Source: an uncultured Poribacteria bacterium
GTDB lineage: Bacteria > Poribacteria > WGA-4E > WGA-3G
Assembly (NCBI GenBank): GCA_951813565.1
Contig: OX638351.1
Span: 3,648,001-3,712,000 of the forward strand
Length of the DNA stretch: 64,000 bases
Direction: 5' to 3'
Part shown: piece by piece, positions 17,903 to 28,150 of the stretch
Layout: every line of letters begins with the position of its first letter
How positions within the stretch are numbered: the first letter of the stretch is position 1
Made by a program: the position numbers and the translations under genes
The notes under the pieces: model-generated
What the model was told of the DNA's origin: nothing
Database searches by the model: none
Seen by the model: only the letters and a program-made list of their open reading frames with translations

Positions 17903-20341
17903 ATGAATGGGATCAAAAATTCTGCACTGACTTTTATTTTTACTTTCGTAGGCATTTCAATCTTATCTTTTATATTCAGTTTTACTGTTAGGGCAGGTCA
18001 GTCTACAGATACAACCTTTGGCCCCAAACCTGCCGAAGAAACGCAACCCGCTGAAACTGCTGTAGAGGAAGAAGAAAAACCACGAGTTGATGAGACGTTT
18101 ATGGTTAAAAAAATTGAGTTCAAAGGTGTACAAACACTCCGAAAGGAGATGCTGCAAACTCTCATTCAAACACAAGTTGGCCAAGAAATTTCGGATGAAC
18201 TGCTGACAAAAGACATTGAAAGTCTTTACAAAGACACTGGATTTTTCTATGATATAGTTGTAGATGTACGAAATAGTGAAGGTGGCGGTTTTGAGGTTAC
18301 CTATATACTTAAGGAAAGCCCAAAAGTGGAAGGGATTAACATCATTGGAAATGACGAGTTGGACACCGGAAAACTGATGGACAGGGTCACTTTACGGCGT
18401 TCAGAAATTTATAATGATCGTCTTCGTTGGGAAAGCGAACGTGCAATCCGCAAGTTATATCACGAAAAAGGTTATTATCTCGTAAATATACAAGTGCATG
18501 TTGATCAAGATGAAGAGAAGAACACTAATCAGATAACTTTTGAGATAGATGAGGGACCGCGCGTCAGAATCACTGAAATCAACTTTATCGGAAATGATCA
18601 GGTTGATGCCAAAAAACTACAAAAAAAGATGAAGACGCGCGTAGGAAAACATTTTGATGAAATCCTGTTTGAAGAAGAGGATTTAGGTCTGAATCTCCGT
18701 AATTACTATCAAGACTTGGGGTTTGCACAAGTTAAGATTTCAGGGCACACCAAACGTTTTACCGAAGACAAAACAGGGCTGATGCTTGATGTTACGGTTG
18801 ATGAAGGCGCGCAATTTGCTGTAGGTACATATACCGTTCAGATTGAAGCAGGAGAGAAAATAGTTTTTTCTGAACAAAAGGTCCAAGAGATGTTGGACCC
18901 CGCAGAAGGTGAAATCTTCAACCGCGCCACTTTTGATGAATCAATTACGAAGTTGGAGCAAACATATTATGACAAAGGCTACCTTCTTGCCAATGTAAAT
19001 CCGATGCCGTTTTTTGATGAAGTAAACGCTCTGGTGAACATCAACTTGAAAATCGACCAAGGTGATGTTATAATTATTGACGATGTGCCGATTACAGGTT
19101 TAGAAAAAACGAAGGATTATATAATTAGGCGCGAACTGGATTGGTTGAATATCAAATCGGATGAATTGCTCGATGTTAAAGTTCTCCGCAAAGCGCGGCA
19201 ACGCCTTTTCCAGATGGGTCCATTTATTCGCGCTGTTGATTTTGTTCCCAGCGATACCGAAAAGGATAGCCGAAAGGACCTTGTCGTAAATATCGCAGAA
19301 TCACCAACGACCGGAACACTTAGTGTAGGTGGCGGATACGGTAGCGAAGGCGGTATCTTTGGAACGGCAGAAGTGGGACAGCACAATCTATTTGGAAGGG
19401 CTTACCGTGTATACCTAAAAGGTGAGTTAGGCACACGCGACCATCATACAGCAGAAGCACGTTTTGGAACACCGTGGATATTTGGCACACCGACACGACT
19501 TAATGCAAGTATTTACAACAAACGCCGTTTTCGCCGATATTACAGTACGGTCGGTGCCGCCCTAAATCAAGGTTATTTGGCTGACCGATATGTTTGGGAT
19601 ACACGAGGTGCATCTGTGTCTGTCGGACGACCAATTGGTTTCGATATTGACGCATCGGTCAGGTTTCGTAACGAACTTGTTAAAGCAAATACACCAGATA
19701 GAGAAGTATTTAATCGTTCAACTCGAAGCATCTTATTTGCTATCGGGCGCGATACGCGTGATTACCGTACATCGCTTTATGACCCGATGGGTGGAAGTTC
19801 AAGCAGCATCTCTTATGAATACTCTGGTGGCTTCTTAGGCGCAGACAACGAGTTCCAAAAATATACTGCAGATACAAGTTGGTTTTTTCGTCCTTGGTGG
19901 AACCACGTCTTTGCTATCCATGCCCGTGCAGGCTATATGCGAAGCAGGAGTGGCGACCGCAGAGAACTTTTCTATGAGCGGTTTTATTTGGGTGGTGTAG
20001 ATACAATCCGCGGTTATGAGGACTGGGAAATTTATCCTGATCCTATTAATTCTGAAGTTCCTAATCCCTATGGTGGCAACAAGGTATTCTTCACCAACTT
20101 GGAGTATCGTATTCCGGTTTCACCACAACTCACAACGGCCCTCTTCTTCGATTTTGGACAGGTGTGGGATGAAAGCATACCGAATGTTTTTAATCAAATT
20201 AACCTGAAGCGCGGTGCTGGTGTTGAGGCACGCCTACAGATGTTAGGTATGTTAGCACGTTTCGGTTGGGGATACGGGTTTGATCGTCAAAATCGACAAC
20301 CACAAGGCAGGTTCTACTTTACAATCGGTCCTGGTTTTTAA
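17903..20341 (+). CDS. bamA: Outer membrane protein assembly factor BamA
   Basis: Signal peptide, POTRA repeats, GGVDTIRGY motif and C-terminal Phe. Synteny with skp-lpxD. Confidence 0.92.
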   Translation: MNGIKNSALTFIFTFVGISILSFIFSFTVRAGQSTDTTFGPKPAEETQPAETAVEEEEKPRVDETFMVKKIEFKGVQTLRKEMLQTLIQTQVGQEISDELLTKDIESLYKDTGFFYDIVVDVRNSEGGGFEVTYILKESPKVEGINIIGNDELDTGKLMDRVTLRRSEIYNDRLRWESERAIRKLYHEKGYYLVNIQVHVDQDEEKNTNQITFEIDEGPRVRITEINFIGNDQVDAKKLQKKMKTRVGKHFDEILFEEEDLGLNLRNYYQDLGFAQVKISGHTKRFTEDKTGLMLDVTVDEGAQFAVGTYTVQIEAGEKIVFSEQKVQEMLDPAEGEIFNRATFDESITKLEQTYYDKGYLLANVNPMPFFDEVNALVNINLKIDQGDVIIIDDVPITGLEKTKDYIIRRELDWLNIKSDELLDVKVLRKARQRLFQMGPFIRAVDFVPSDTEKDSRKDLVVNIAESPTTGTLSVGGGYGSEGGIFGTAEVGQHNLFGRAYRVYLKGELGTRDHHTAEARFGTPWIFGTPTRLNASIYNKRRFRRYYSTVGAALNQGYLADRYVWDTRGASVSVGRPIGFDIDASVRFRNELVKANTPDREVFNRSTRSILFAIGRDTRDYRTSLYDPMGGSSSSISYEYSGGFLGADNEFQKYTADTSWFFRPWWNHVFAIHARAGYMRSRSGDRRELFYERFYLGGVDTIRGYEDWEIYPDPINSEVPNPYGGNKVFFTNLEYRIPVSPQLTTALFFDFGQVWDESIPNVFNQINLKRGAGVEARLQMLGMLARFGWGYGFDRQNRQPQGRFYFTIGPGF

Positions 20342-20382
20342 TGTACTAATCATAAATTGTTTCTGAATAGAATACTACAACC

Positions 20383-20549
20383 TATCTCATAAATCGTGGG
20401 AGGGCTTTGTAAACGCGATCTTCAAGAAATGTTTACTTCAGTAGAAACGCGTTTGTAGTCGCGCAATTTATTGCGCCTCGGACATTTGCATTAGTATTTT
20501 ACGGCTTGGATTGAGCGTAGTGAAACAACAAATTCCGATTTATGAGATG
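20383..20549. mobile_element. MITE-like element (TIR ATCTCATAAATCG) carrying REP hairpins
   Basis: ATCTCATAAATCG...CGATTTATGAGAT ends with internal GTAGTCGCGCAATTTATTGCGCC. A lone similar end lies near 2577. Confidence 0.6.
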
Positions 20550-20626
20550 CACTCTAATAATCTGATCATATCAATGACTGGGCAACACGAATCAGATAAA
20601 TTTTGTTTGCCTGAAAAGGATAAATT

Positions 20627-21202
20627 ATGAAAAAGCTGGTTTTAGTTATATTTTCAATGGCGCTGTTCGGCTTAATGGCAGGCAGTATCGGTCAAGAGAC
20701 GTTCAAATTTGGCATAATTGATAGCAACCGGGTTCTGCTAAACTACCAAAAAGCAATTGAAGCTGACAAGGAACTCAAAGCTGGAGAGCAAAAATTGAAA
20801 GAAAATCTTGATAATATTGCTGCCGAAATAAGAACGAAGCAAGAGAAAAAAACAAAAACTGAACTTTTTGTTGAAGAAGCTGAAACTGCTGGTTTAGAGA
20901 AAGAAATTGAAGACCTAAAGTTGAACCATCAGCAAATGTTTGAACGAGGTAGACAAGTTCTCTTGGAAAGGAACCAAGAACTGATGGGACCAATTTTCAA
21001 GGAACTTGAAGAACTTATCATTAAAGTTGGCAAAGAAGAAAATTACGATCTGATTATTGACAGACAGGCTGTACTCTACTTTAATGAGAAACACGATATA
21101 ACCGATAAATTTATTAAATTAATTAATGCTGGTGCCGAAAAGACTGAACCAAAAAAAGAAAATGCCGAAAAACCACAGCCTTCAACCGGAGATGCGAAAT
21201 AA
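20627..21202 (+). CDS. skp: OmpH/Skp periplasmic chaperone
   Basis: Signal peptide, KFGIIDSNRVL, coiled coil, YDLIID...DITDKFIK. Lies between bamA and lpxD. Confidence 0.88.
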   Translation: MKKLVLVIFSMALFGLMAGSIGQETFKFGIIDSNRVLLNYQKAIEADKELKAGEQKLKENLDNIAAEIRTKQEKKTKTELFVEEAETAGLEKEIEDLKLNHQQMFERGRQVLLERNQELMGPIFKELEELIIKVGKEENYDLIIDRQAVLYFNEKHDITDKFIKLINAGAEKTEPKKENAEKPQPSTGDAK

Positions 21203-21295
21203 ATCCTATTCATACCAACAAGGTATGAGGTTATAGCTTAAAACCAATTCTCGGATTTAGTTGCACTGTGGCTCGCCTTAATGAGGAATATGCGT

Positions 21296-22342
21296 ATGAA
21301 ACTGAAGGACATTTGTGAACACTTAGGTGGTGAGCTCTCTGGTGATGGTGAGATAGAAATTACTGGTGTTTCTGGCATCAAAGAAGCTGTCCCGAGTCAG
21401 ATTACCTTTGTCGCGAATTCGAAATATCTTGGTGCTATAGCTACTACGCAAGCATCGGCAATCATCATCGGGCGCGGTGTATCTGGAAATGGAAAAGCGA
21501 CTATTTGTGTTGACAATCCGTATTGGGCCTTCGTCAAAGTTTTGGAATTATTTGCTTGGGATACAGGGCAACAGACACAATCGGGCATCCATAAAACTGC
21601 CATTATAGGTGAGAACGTCACACTCGGAGAAGGTGTTGCAATACAGGCACACAGTGTAATCGGTGACAATGTTGAGATCGGTAGTGATACTGTCATTATG
21701 CCGCTTGTCTATATCGGGTCTGGCAGCAGAATTGGAAACGGTGGGTTAATCTACTCTCACGTTAGTATCCGTGAAAACATAACTATCGGAGATCGTGTTA
21801 TTATCCACTGTGGTGCGGTTATTGGAAGCGATGGCTTCGGTTTTATGCCTGATCCTGCCAACCATAGCCAATACAAAATTCCACAAATCGGCACAGTTAT
21901 TATTGAGGACGATGTTGAAATTGGCGCCAATACTACAATTGATAGAGCAACGCTTGCTGAAACGCTTATTAAAAGTGGGACAAAACTTGATAACCTTGTT
22001 CAAATCGCTCACAATGTGGTTATCGGGAAAGATTGTTGTTTGGCTGCACAGTCTGGTATTGCGGGGAGTGCCACTCTGGGCGATCGGATAAACATTGCTG
22101 GGCAATCTGGTGTAGTTGGACATTTAACACTTGGCGAAAACAGTGTGCTTTACGCTAAATCCGCAATAACCAAAGATGTCCCTCCTGGAAGTCAACTCTC
22201 AGGATTTCCTGCCCGTCCACATAAACAGGAATTGCGGCTTCAAGCTTCCACCCGAAAATTACCTGCGCTACTCCAAGAGTTTACCCAACTCCAGAAACGT
22301 GTTGAGGAATTAGAAGCGAAACTGCAAGAATTGGAAGACTAA
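21296..22342 (+). CDS. lpxD: UDP-3-O-acyl-glucosamine N-acyltransferase
   Basis: Hexapeptide repeats, IGSDGFGF, VEIGANTTIDR and KLDNLVQIAHNV motifs. Confidence 0.95.
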   Translation: MKLKDICEHLGGELSGDGEIEITGVSGIKEAVPSQITFVANSKYLGAIATTQASAIIIGRGVSGNGKATICVDNPYWAFVKVLELFAWDTGQQTQSGIHKTAIIGENVTLGEGVAIQAHSVIGDNVEIGSDTVIMPLVYIGSGSRIGNGGLIYSHVSIRENITIGDRVIIHCGAVIGSDGFGFMPDPANHSQYKIPQIGTVIIEDDVEIGANTTIDRATLAETLIKSGTKLDNLVQIAHNVVIGKDCCLAAQSGIAGSATLGDRINIAGQSGVVGHLTLGENSVLYAKSAITKDVPPGSQLSGFPARPHKQELRLQASTRKLPALLQEFTQLQKRVEELEAKLQELED

Positions 22343-22424
22343 CGAGTTGTACTAAATAACCATTTGTAGAACTTTATTTCACAAAAGAAAATGTTTGTAA
22401 GTCATTATCATATATTTATATGTT

Positions 22425-22693
22425 CTTCAGTCCCGACAAATGCCATAAGCGCATTTGGCGTTGATTTGGTAGGGACGGTATGTTTATAGAAAATGATTGG
22501 ACGAGCACTCTTTAGTCCCGACAAATGCCGGACGGGGAATGCCAAAAGGCATTCATACCCGGTGAATGACTAAAGACGAATGCGCTTGGTAGAATACGCT
22601 TTTGGTATTCTACATGATTCGCCATGATTCATACCGTTGATTTCTTGATTTGGCGCATTTGGCGTTGATTTTGTAGGGACGATATGTTTATAG
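22425..22693. repeat. Two GTCCC..GGGAC hairpin repeats, each interrupted by CCAAATCAACG-type micro-elements (22436-22469; nested set at 22521-22673)
   Basis: The uninterrupted form GTCCCTACGGGAC is at 58242-58254. The nested block is the reverse complement of about 58066-58214. Confidence 0.75.
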
Positions 22694-22800
22694 CACAAAT
22701 GCAAATATATGTGAAAACCAACAAAACAAAATGTTAACTGGCACAAGTCGTAAGACTAATAATTGCCTTTTATAAACATACGATTGATCGGGATTAACAA

Positions 22801-23409
22801 ATGGTATTTGATAATAAACCGATATCTGAAATCACTGATCAAGATTTGAAAAAACTAATCGGTAGACAAGAAGAAAATTTATGGATTGATTTTAAGGAGG
22901 AGCACTACCAAGGATACAAAACTCACCATGAGATATATATATATAGACGTGAGATATGCAAAGATGTTACTGCAATGGCTAATGCTGAAGGTGGATATAT
23001 CCTTATTGGTGTTGATTAAAAAAACAAGATCGCAAAAGAATTTGTTGATATCCTTGATGCAGATGGAAAAGCAGATAGTATCTATAAAACTTGCCAACAA
23101 CATATAGTTACACGAATCGTAAAATTAAAAGTAAAACCATATAAATTGAGATTGTCGGCTCGAGAAGTTAACCTTATAATTATTCATATTCCTTTTAGTG
23201 AAAATCGTCCTCACGGTTTTAATTCGAATGGGACACTCAATTTTGTAAAGCGGTATGGAGATACTACAAAAGAATTTCAGATAGAAGAGTTCAGGCACGA
23301 ACTTTTAGCACGACATCATTTGCCATTCATGGATGACATTAGAGGGCAGTTGGATAGGATTGAAAGTCACACCACAATTATTTTAAAGGAAATCGGAGAG
23401 AACAAGTGA
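22801..23409 (+). pseudogene. Schlafen/AlbA_2 domain protein interrupted by an in-frame TAA (23017-23019)
   Basis: EENLWIDFKE and KDVTAMANAEGGYILIGVD* precede the stop. The same frame continues to IIIHIP..RPH..FVKRYGDTT. Confidence 0.78.
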
Positions 23410-24113
23410 ATTCGCTTTCGGCAAGATGCAATTCTTTTGTTAAAGTTATATCCGACCAACCCTATTATCACATCTTCGCGTTACCAAACGAATCCAATGG
23501 AAAAGTTGTACCTACCGAAGATCAACGTATACGCGATATTTTGCATAATCCACCGAACAAACGTTGGGCAGGTTTTGGTGTTACAGGACTATTGGAACGG
23601 GACGAGCATCAATGGGAAGAGGGCATAGAAGGAAACAATGTAACCGGAGGGCAAATTACCTTACTAAAGAATGGATATTTTGAAGTTATATGTCCTATCA
23701 ATATCCAGTTTCAAAGAGGATGGAATTCCCCTCAATTTGCAATTCCTAAATCTGTAAAATGGCTGTACCCGTATGTAGTCATTGAGTTTCCTGTCTCATT
23801 CATGCGATTAGTGAAGGCGATTTACGGTAAGTCTGATATTGACTCTGGTGTAACCATAGAACAGTACTACCATAATATCACAGGATATGCTTTGCCAGAG
23901 GGACCACCTACCTATCCTACGTTTGGGGCATTTCTGGATGAGAGAGGTGTGTACGAAGGGACATCCTCTATTCACTCTGTGCAACAGGTTCTCAATAATT
24001 TTATCCCTGACCATGTAGCTTACGATCTGGTGGTAGACGTGTACGCCAAATTTGGATTAGGTGCTAAAACAATTCCAGCGTTTGATGAAAACAAAAAATT
24101 TATTTTAGAATAG
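23406..24113 (+). CDS. Hypothetical protein translationally coupled to the AlbA_2 gene
   Basis: 235-aa ORF whose GTG overlaps the upstream TGA (GTGA). RBS GGAGA. Confidence 0.7.
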   Translation: MNSLSARCNSFVKVISDQPYYHIFALPNESNGKVVPTEDQRIRDILHNPPNKRWAGFGVTGLLERDEHQWEEGIEGNNVTGGQITLLKNGYFEVICPINIQFQRGWNSPQFAIPKSVKWLYPYVVIEFPVSFMRLVKAIYGKSDIDSGVTIEQYYHNITGYALPEGPPTYPTFGAFLDERGVYEGTSSIHSVQQVLNNFIPDHVAYDLVVDVYAKFGLGAKTIPAFDENKKFILE

Positions 24114-24332
24114 CTATTTGAATTAACGGATCCGCACCAAATTTAACTTTAAGTATAATTCGCCAAGTCTCATTTAATGATGTCTTGTGCAGGAACCGGC
24201 GATTGATTAACAAAACACTATAAATTCCCTCTCATAATTCGTTCTGTTCCCAACTCTTCCATTCCATTACTTAAAAAACTTGCGGATTTCTTATTCCGTT
24301 TTATACCATAAGTTGAAAATATCGGATTGACA

Positions 24333-25187
24333 ATGAAAACGTTGTTAGCGTATGTTGAACTTGCCCGTCCACTTAATGGAATCATTGCTTTTATCTCAGC
24401 GTGGTTGGGTGGTATGTTTGCAAGCGGTAAACCATTGGAACTCTTCACTGATGTAAAACTGATATATGTTTCTATTGCTGCCCTCCTTTTACTTTCCGCT
24501 GGAAATGCAATAAATGATTACTGCGATTATAACATTGATAAGATCAACAGATCTCAACGTCCACTTCCTTCTGGACGTATGCCGCAGCGAAACGCACTAA
24601 TTTTTGCACTTATTCTAATAGCAATCGGAATTGGACTCGGCACACTGATTAATATATATGCGGTGTACATAGCGGTTCTTGTTTCAGCACTGCTTGTGAG
24701 TTATGCTATCTGGCTAAAACGCACCCCATTCGTTGGAAATTTAGTTGTTGGCAGTTTGACCAGTTTAACTTTTATTTCTGGTGGTATAGCGATCAGTTCT
24801 GTGCAAGGCACTATTATCCCAGCAATTTTTGCTTTTTTGTTCACAACTGCAAGAGAAATTGTTAAAGACCTTGAGGATACAGAAGGGGATCTAAAAGACA
24901 ATGTGAAGACACTTGCGATTCTCAACCCACGACTCGCAGTGGCGATAGCATTGAGTTTTATGGTGTCGGTTATAATATTTAGTCCAATGCCATATCTATA
25001 CGGGTGGTATACTTGGCACTATTTAGTTGCTATTGTAATAGGTGTTGACCTTGTGCTAATCGGTTTAGGAATTCAACTCTCAAGAGATTTTTCAAAAGCA
25101 AGCTGTGCGTTCATCCAACGTTGGATGAAGTGGGACATATTTGTGGGATTAGGTGCAATCTATCTTGGAACTATTTTTCAAAGGTAA
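24333..25187 (+). CDS. UbiA-family prenyltransferase, digeranylgeranylglyceryl phosphate (DGGGP) synthase-like
   Basis: LARPLN, AGNAINDYCDYNIDKINRSQRPLPSG, LKRTPFVGNLVVG and AREIVKDLEDTEGD..KTL motifs are typical of the DGGGPS clade. Confidence 0.8.
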   Translation: MKTLLAYVELARPLNGIIAFISAWLGGMFASGKPLELFTDVKLIYVSIAALLLLSAGNAINDYCDYNIDKINRSQRPLPSGRMPQRNALIFALILIAIGIGLGTLINIYAVYIAVLVSALLVSYAIWLKRTPFVGNLVVGSLTSLTFISGGIAISSVQGTIIPAIFAFLFTTAREIVKDLEDTEGDLKDNVKTLAILNPRLAVAIALSFMVSVIIFSPMPYLYGWYTWHYLVAIVIGVDLVLIGLGIQLSRDFSKASCAFIQRWMKWDIFVGLGAIYLGTIFQR

Positions 25188-25225
25188 CGAAGAGGCGGTA
25201 ATAGGCCGCCGCCGTAATAACAGCA

Positions 25226-26452
25226 TTGGTAAAATACGATAAGTTAATTGCATTTTTAGAAAAAATAGACCCGAATACTGAAGAAGTGCTTCACTTTAAA
25301 CAAATATACCATTCCTATACTAAGACAGGTGAATGGCAACCTACTTATCAGATTTTTACTTCCGGGTGGCACAATATAGAAGGTGCTATGCTGATGACAT
25401 CGGAGCGTAAATTAGATGCTGATTATCGGGTCTATGTAACTGCTACAACTGAACGGAGTTTAAGAGAACTACTGCTTGCTTTTCCAAGGCGAAGTGTAGG
25501 AATGTTTCGCATGACAGAAAAATGGATAGAAGAAAGGATGCATGACATATTGGAAGGCAATAGTGTACAAACAGATTCAGGGACGTATTATCGCGGTGTT
25601 AAACGGGGGAGTCATGCGGAAGCAGAACAACGAACCGTCTCAAAAAGAAAGGATGCAATCGCATCTCATATCCGTAAATTAGCATCCTTAAAAGGCAAAC
25701 ATGAATATTCACAGTTTATTGTTGAAGGTGAAATGATGGTGGAACGTGCTGTTGCGGATGGGTTACCTGTTGAAACAATTCTCTATACCGCTAATTTCGT
25801 TTCAACATCGGACGGAGTAGATTTCCTAAAACGTGTAGCTGAGGAGAATCTCTCCTGCTATCTGGTTAACGACGGTGTAATGGGGTCAGTCACAACAACA
25901 CGTCCAGTGCCTTCAATAGTCGCTTCGGTGCATCTTAACTATCCACCCTTTTTGGCTGAATCAGGACAACTTAATTTTCACTTCAGCGCAGATTGCACCT
26001 TGCTTATCGTTGAAAATGTTAGTAATCCCGATAATCTTGGGATGACGTTACGTACCGCTGACGCGGCTGGTGTCTCTGCAGTTTTACTGAGCGGAGAAGG
26101 GGCAAGTCCTCTACATAAAAACTGCATTCGTGCCTCGCGCGGTGCTGTTGGTCGCCTACCCATGTTCCACATCCCAACGACTAATTCCGCAATTGAACAA
26201 CTCAAGGAATCAGGGTGGAAAGTTATTGGTGCTACAGCAAGCACAGAATACAATCTTTATACGATAGGATTTATTTCTCCTACTGCGATTGTTGTCGGCA
26301 ATGAAAATAGCGGTTTATCAGAGGAAACGCGTGAATGTTGTACAGAATTAGTTCGTATTCCTATGGCAGCTGGACAGTCCTCCTTAAATGTGGGCGTGGC
26401 AGCTGGTATTTTGCTTTATGAATTAGCGCGACAAAAGTTGACACAATCATGA
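25226..26452 (+). CDS. SpoU/TrmH-family RNA methyltransferase with an N-terminal extension
   Basis: NPDNLGMTLRTADAAG, VVGNENSGLS and IPMAAGQSSLNVGVAAGI SPOUT motifs. Confidence 0.88.
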   Translation: MVKYDKLIAFLEKIDPNTEEVLHFKQIYHSYTKTGEWQPTYQIFTSGWHNIEGAMLMTSERKLDADYRVYVTATTERSLRELLLAFPRRSVGMFRMTEKWIEERMHDILEGNSVQTDSGTYYRGVKRGSHAEAEQRTVSKRKDAIASHIRKLASLKGKHEYSQFIVEGEMMVERAVADGLPVETILYTANFVSTSDGVDFLKRVAEENLSCYLVNDGVMGSVTTTRPVPSIVASVHLNYPPFLAESGQLNFHFSADCTLLIVENVSNPDNLGMTLRTADAAGVSAVLLSGEGASPLHKNCIRASRGAVGRLPMFHIPTTNSAIEQLKESGWKVIGATASTEYNLYTIGFISPTAIVVGNENSGLSEETRECCTELVRIPMAAGQSSLNVGVAAGILLYELARQKLTQS

Positions 26453-26459
26453 CTTCAAT

Positions 26460-26488
26460 TTGACAAATTGATCAGAAGATGGTAAAAT
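26460..26488 (+). promoter_or_regulatory. Strong sigma70-like promoter upstream of GGGPS-grpE-dnaJ
   Basis: TTGACA, 17-bp spacer ending in TGG (extended -10), then TAAAAT. Confidence 0.6.
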
Positions 26489-26567
26489 TGTTTAGTTTTG
26501 TGAAGAGATGTAGACAAGTTACAGGTTTTATAACTTTAGGCATTAAATAACTAAGGAACGTTCGCAT

Positions 26568-27314
26568 TTGGCATCACGTTGTATTCTAAAATATTTACAC
26601 AAGGTCCTCGAAAAACAGAATGCTGGTTATATCGTTCTGATTGATCCCGAAGGGTGTGAGGTAGAAAAATGCGCTAAACTTGCTTGTGAAGTTGAACGAG
26701 CAGGGGCAGACGCTATTTTGCTTGGTGGTAGTCTGTTGACTACTGACCTGCATCCAATTGCAGCAACCCTAAAATCAGAAACAGCAATACCTATTATTCT
26801 TTTCCCAGGGGATTCGATGCACCTTACACCCCACGCAGATGCTATTCTCTATATGAGCCTAATCAGCGGACGAAATCCAAACTATCTTATTGGTGAACAA
26901 GTCAAAGCAGCACCTTGGATTCAACGGTATGGCTTGCAACCTATCCCCACCGGCTATATGCTTATTGAAGGAGGCAATCGAACCGCAGTTGAATTTATGA
27001 GCGGCACAGTGCCTATCCCTCGCGATAAACCTGACATAGCGGGACCACACGCATTGGCTGCGCAGTATCTCGGAATGCGGTTGGTCTATTTAGAAGCTGG
27101 AAGTGGTGCTGAATTTCCTGTACCTAACATTATGATTTCAAGTGTAAAAGCTCAAATTGAAATTCCACTGATTGTCGGCGGTGGCATACGAACCCCGGAA
27201 ATTGCTGCGGAGAAAGTTAATGCTGGTGCCGATTTTATAGTCACAGGTAATATACTTGAAAAGAGTGGTTCCTTTGAGCTGATGAAGCAGTTTGCAGATG
27301 CTGTTCATGGGTAA
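26568..27314 (+). CDS. Geranylgeranylglyceryl phosphate synthase (GGGPS/PcrB family, group II-like)
   Basis: LIDPE, DAILLGGS, LFPG, MSLISGRNPNYLIGEQV, PTGYMLIEGG, YLEAGSGA and VGGGIRT motifs. Confidence 0.92.
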   Translation: MASRCILKYLHKVLEKQNAGYIVLIDPEGCEVEKCAKLACEVERAGADAILLGGSLLTTDLHPIAATLKSETAIPIILFPGDSMHLTPHADAILYMSLISGRNPNYLIGEQVKAAPWIQRYGLQPIPTGYMLIEGGNRTAVEFMSGTVPIPRDKPDIAGPHALAAQYLGMRLVYLEAGSGAEFPVPNIMISSVKAQIEIPLIVGGGIRTPEIAAEKVNAGADFIVTGNILEKSGSFELMKQFADAVHG

Positions 27315-27385
27315 CATGTCAGCAATTTTTTTACTGAACGTATGTGAATCAGAGTCCAGTTACAAAGGAAGAGAGGTAACTCAAA

Positions 27386-28117
27386 ATGTCTAAAAATAAT
27401 GAGGTAGTAATAGAAATAGAGACAGAGAAAGAAAACAGTAAGAAACCCGATTTTCTCATTGATGAATCTGAAGAAGATACGGATGCATCTGCAGAAACGG
27501 ATGTTGAAGCAGAAGAACGTACATTAGAGACCCTTGAAACTGAACTTGAGGCACTCAAAGAAGACTTTAAAAAACAACTTGAAGCAGTTGCCGAATCCGA
27601 GCGTGAGCAGTATCAGGAAGAACGCGAACGTTTGTTACGGACCGCTGCTGAAGCCGAAAATATAAAAAAACGGGTGGAAATAGAAGCACAGAAACAACTC
27701 AAGTTTGCTAACAAAAACATTATTGAAGGACTGATTCCGGTATTAGATAGTTTTGAGGCAGCGATTAAAAGCGTTGATGGGAAGGTTGAAACGAACGAGA
27801 CCCCATCAGATTTCCTAAACTTCAGCGAAGGAGTACAGTTAGTTCATAAACAACTCTTAGATGTTCTGAAAATACACGGACTTACTCCTATTGAAGCGTC
27901 CGGTGGTCCGTTTGACCCGAATCAGCATGAAGCGGTCTTTGCGACGGAATCCGATGAAGTTCCAGAGGGAAATGTGATAGAAGAATTCAGATGCGGTTAC
28001 CAATTACACGATCAGATTCTTCGTGCCGCACAGGTCGTGGTTTCTAAAGGAAAATCTGAGCAGCCTCCACCTAAGGAAAATAAGACAGAAGAAACTGAAA
28101 ACACCACCGAAAATTAA
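27386..28117 (+). CDS. grpE: Nucleotide exchange factor GrpE
   Basis: RTAAEAENIKKR, FDPNQHEAV and GYQLHDQILRAAQVVV motifs. Confidence 0.93.
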   Translation: MSKNNEVVIEIETEKENSKKPDFLIDESEEDTDASAETDVEAEERTLETLETELEALKEDFKKQLEAVAESEREQYQEERERLLRTAAEAENIKKRVEIEAQKQLKFANKNIIEGLIPVLDSFEAAIKSVDGKVETNETPSDFLNFSEGVQLVHKQLLDVLKIHGLTPIEASGGPFDPNQHEAVFATESDEVPEGNVIEEFRCGYQLHDQILRAAQVVVSKGKSEQPPPKENKTEETENTTEN

Positions 28118-28150
28118 ATGAAATTAAAACTGCAGTGTAGGTAGGAACAG

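Noticed and set aside
23017..23019. Stop-codon recoding in the AlbA_2 gene
   Set aside because: TAA is used as a normal stop throughout the window and is not a Sec or Pyl codon. A nonsense mutation or sequencing error is more likely.
26490..27385. CIRCE element for grpE-dnaJ
   Set aside because: No TTAGCACTC-N9-GAGTGCTAA match was seen upstream of GGGPS or grpE.
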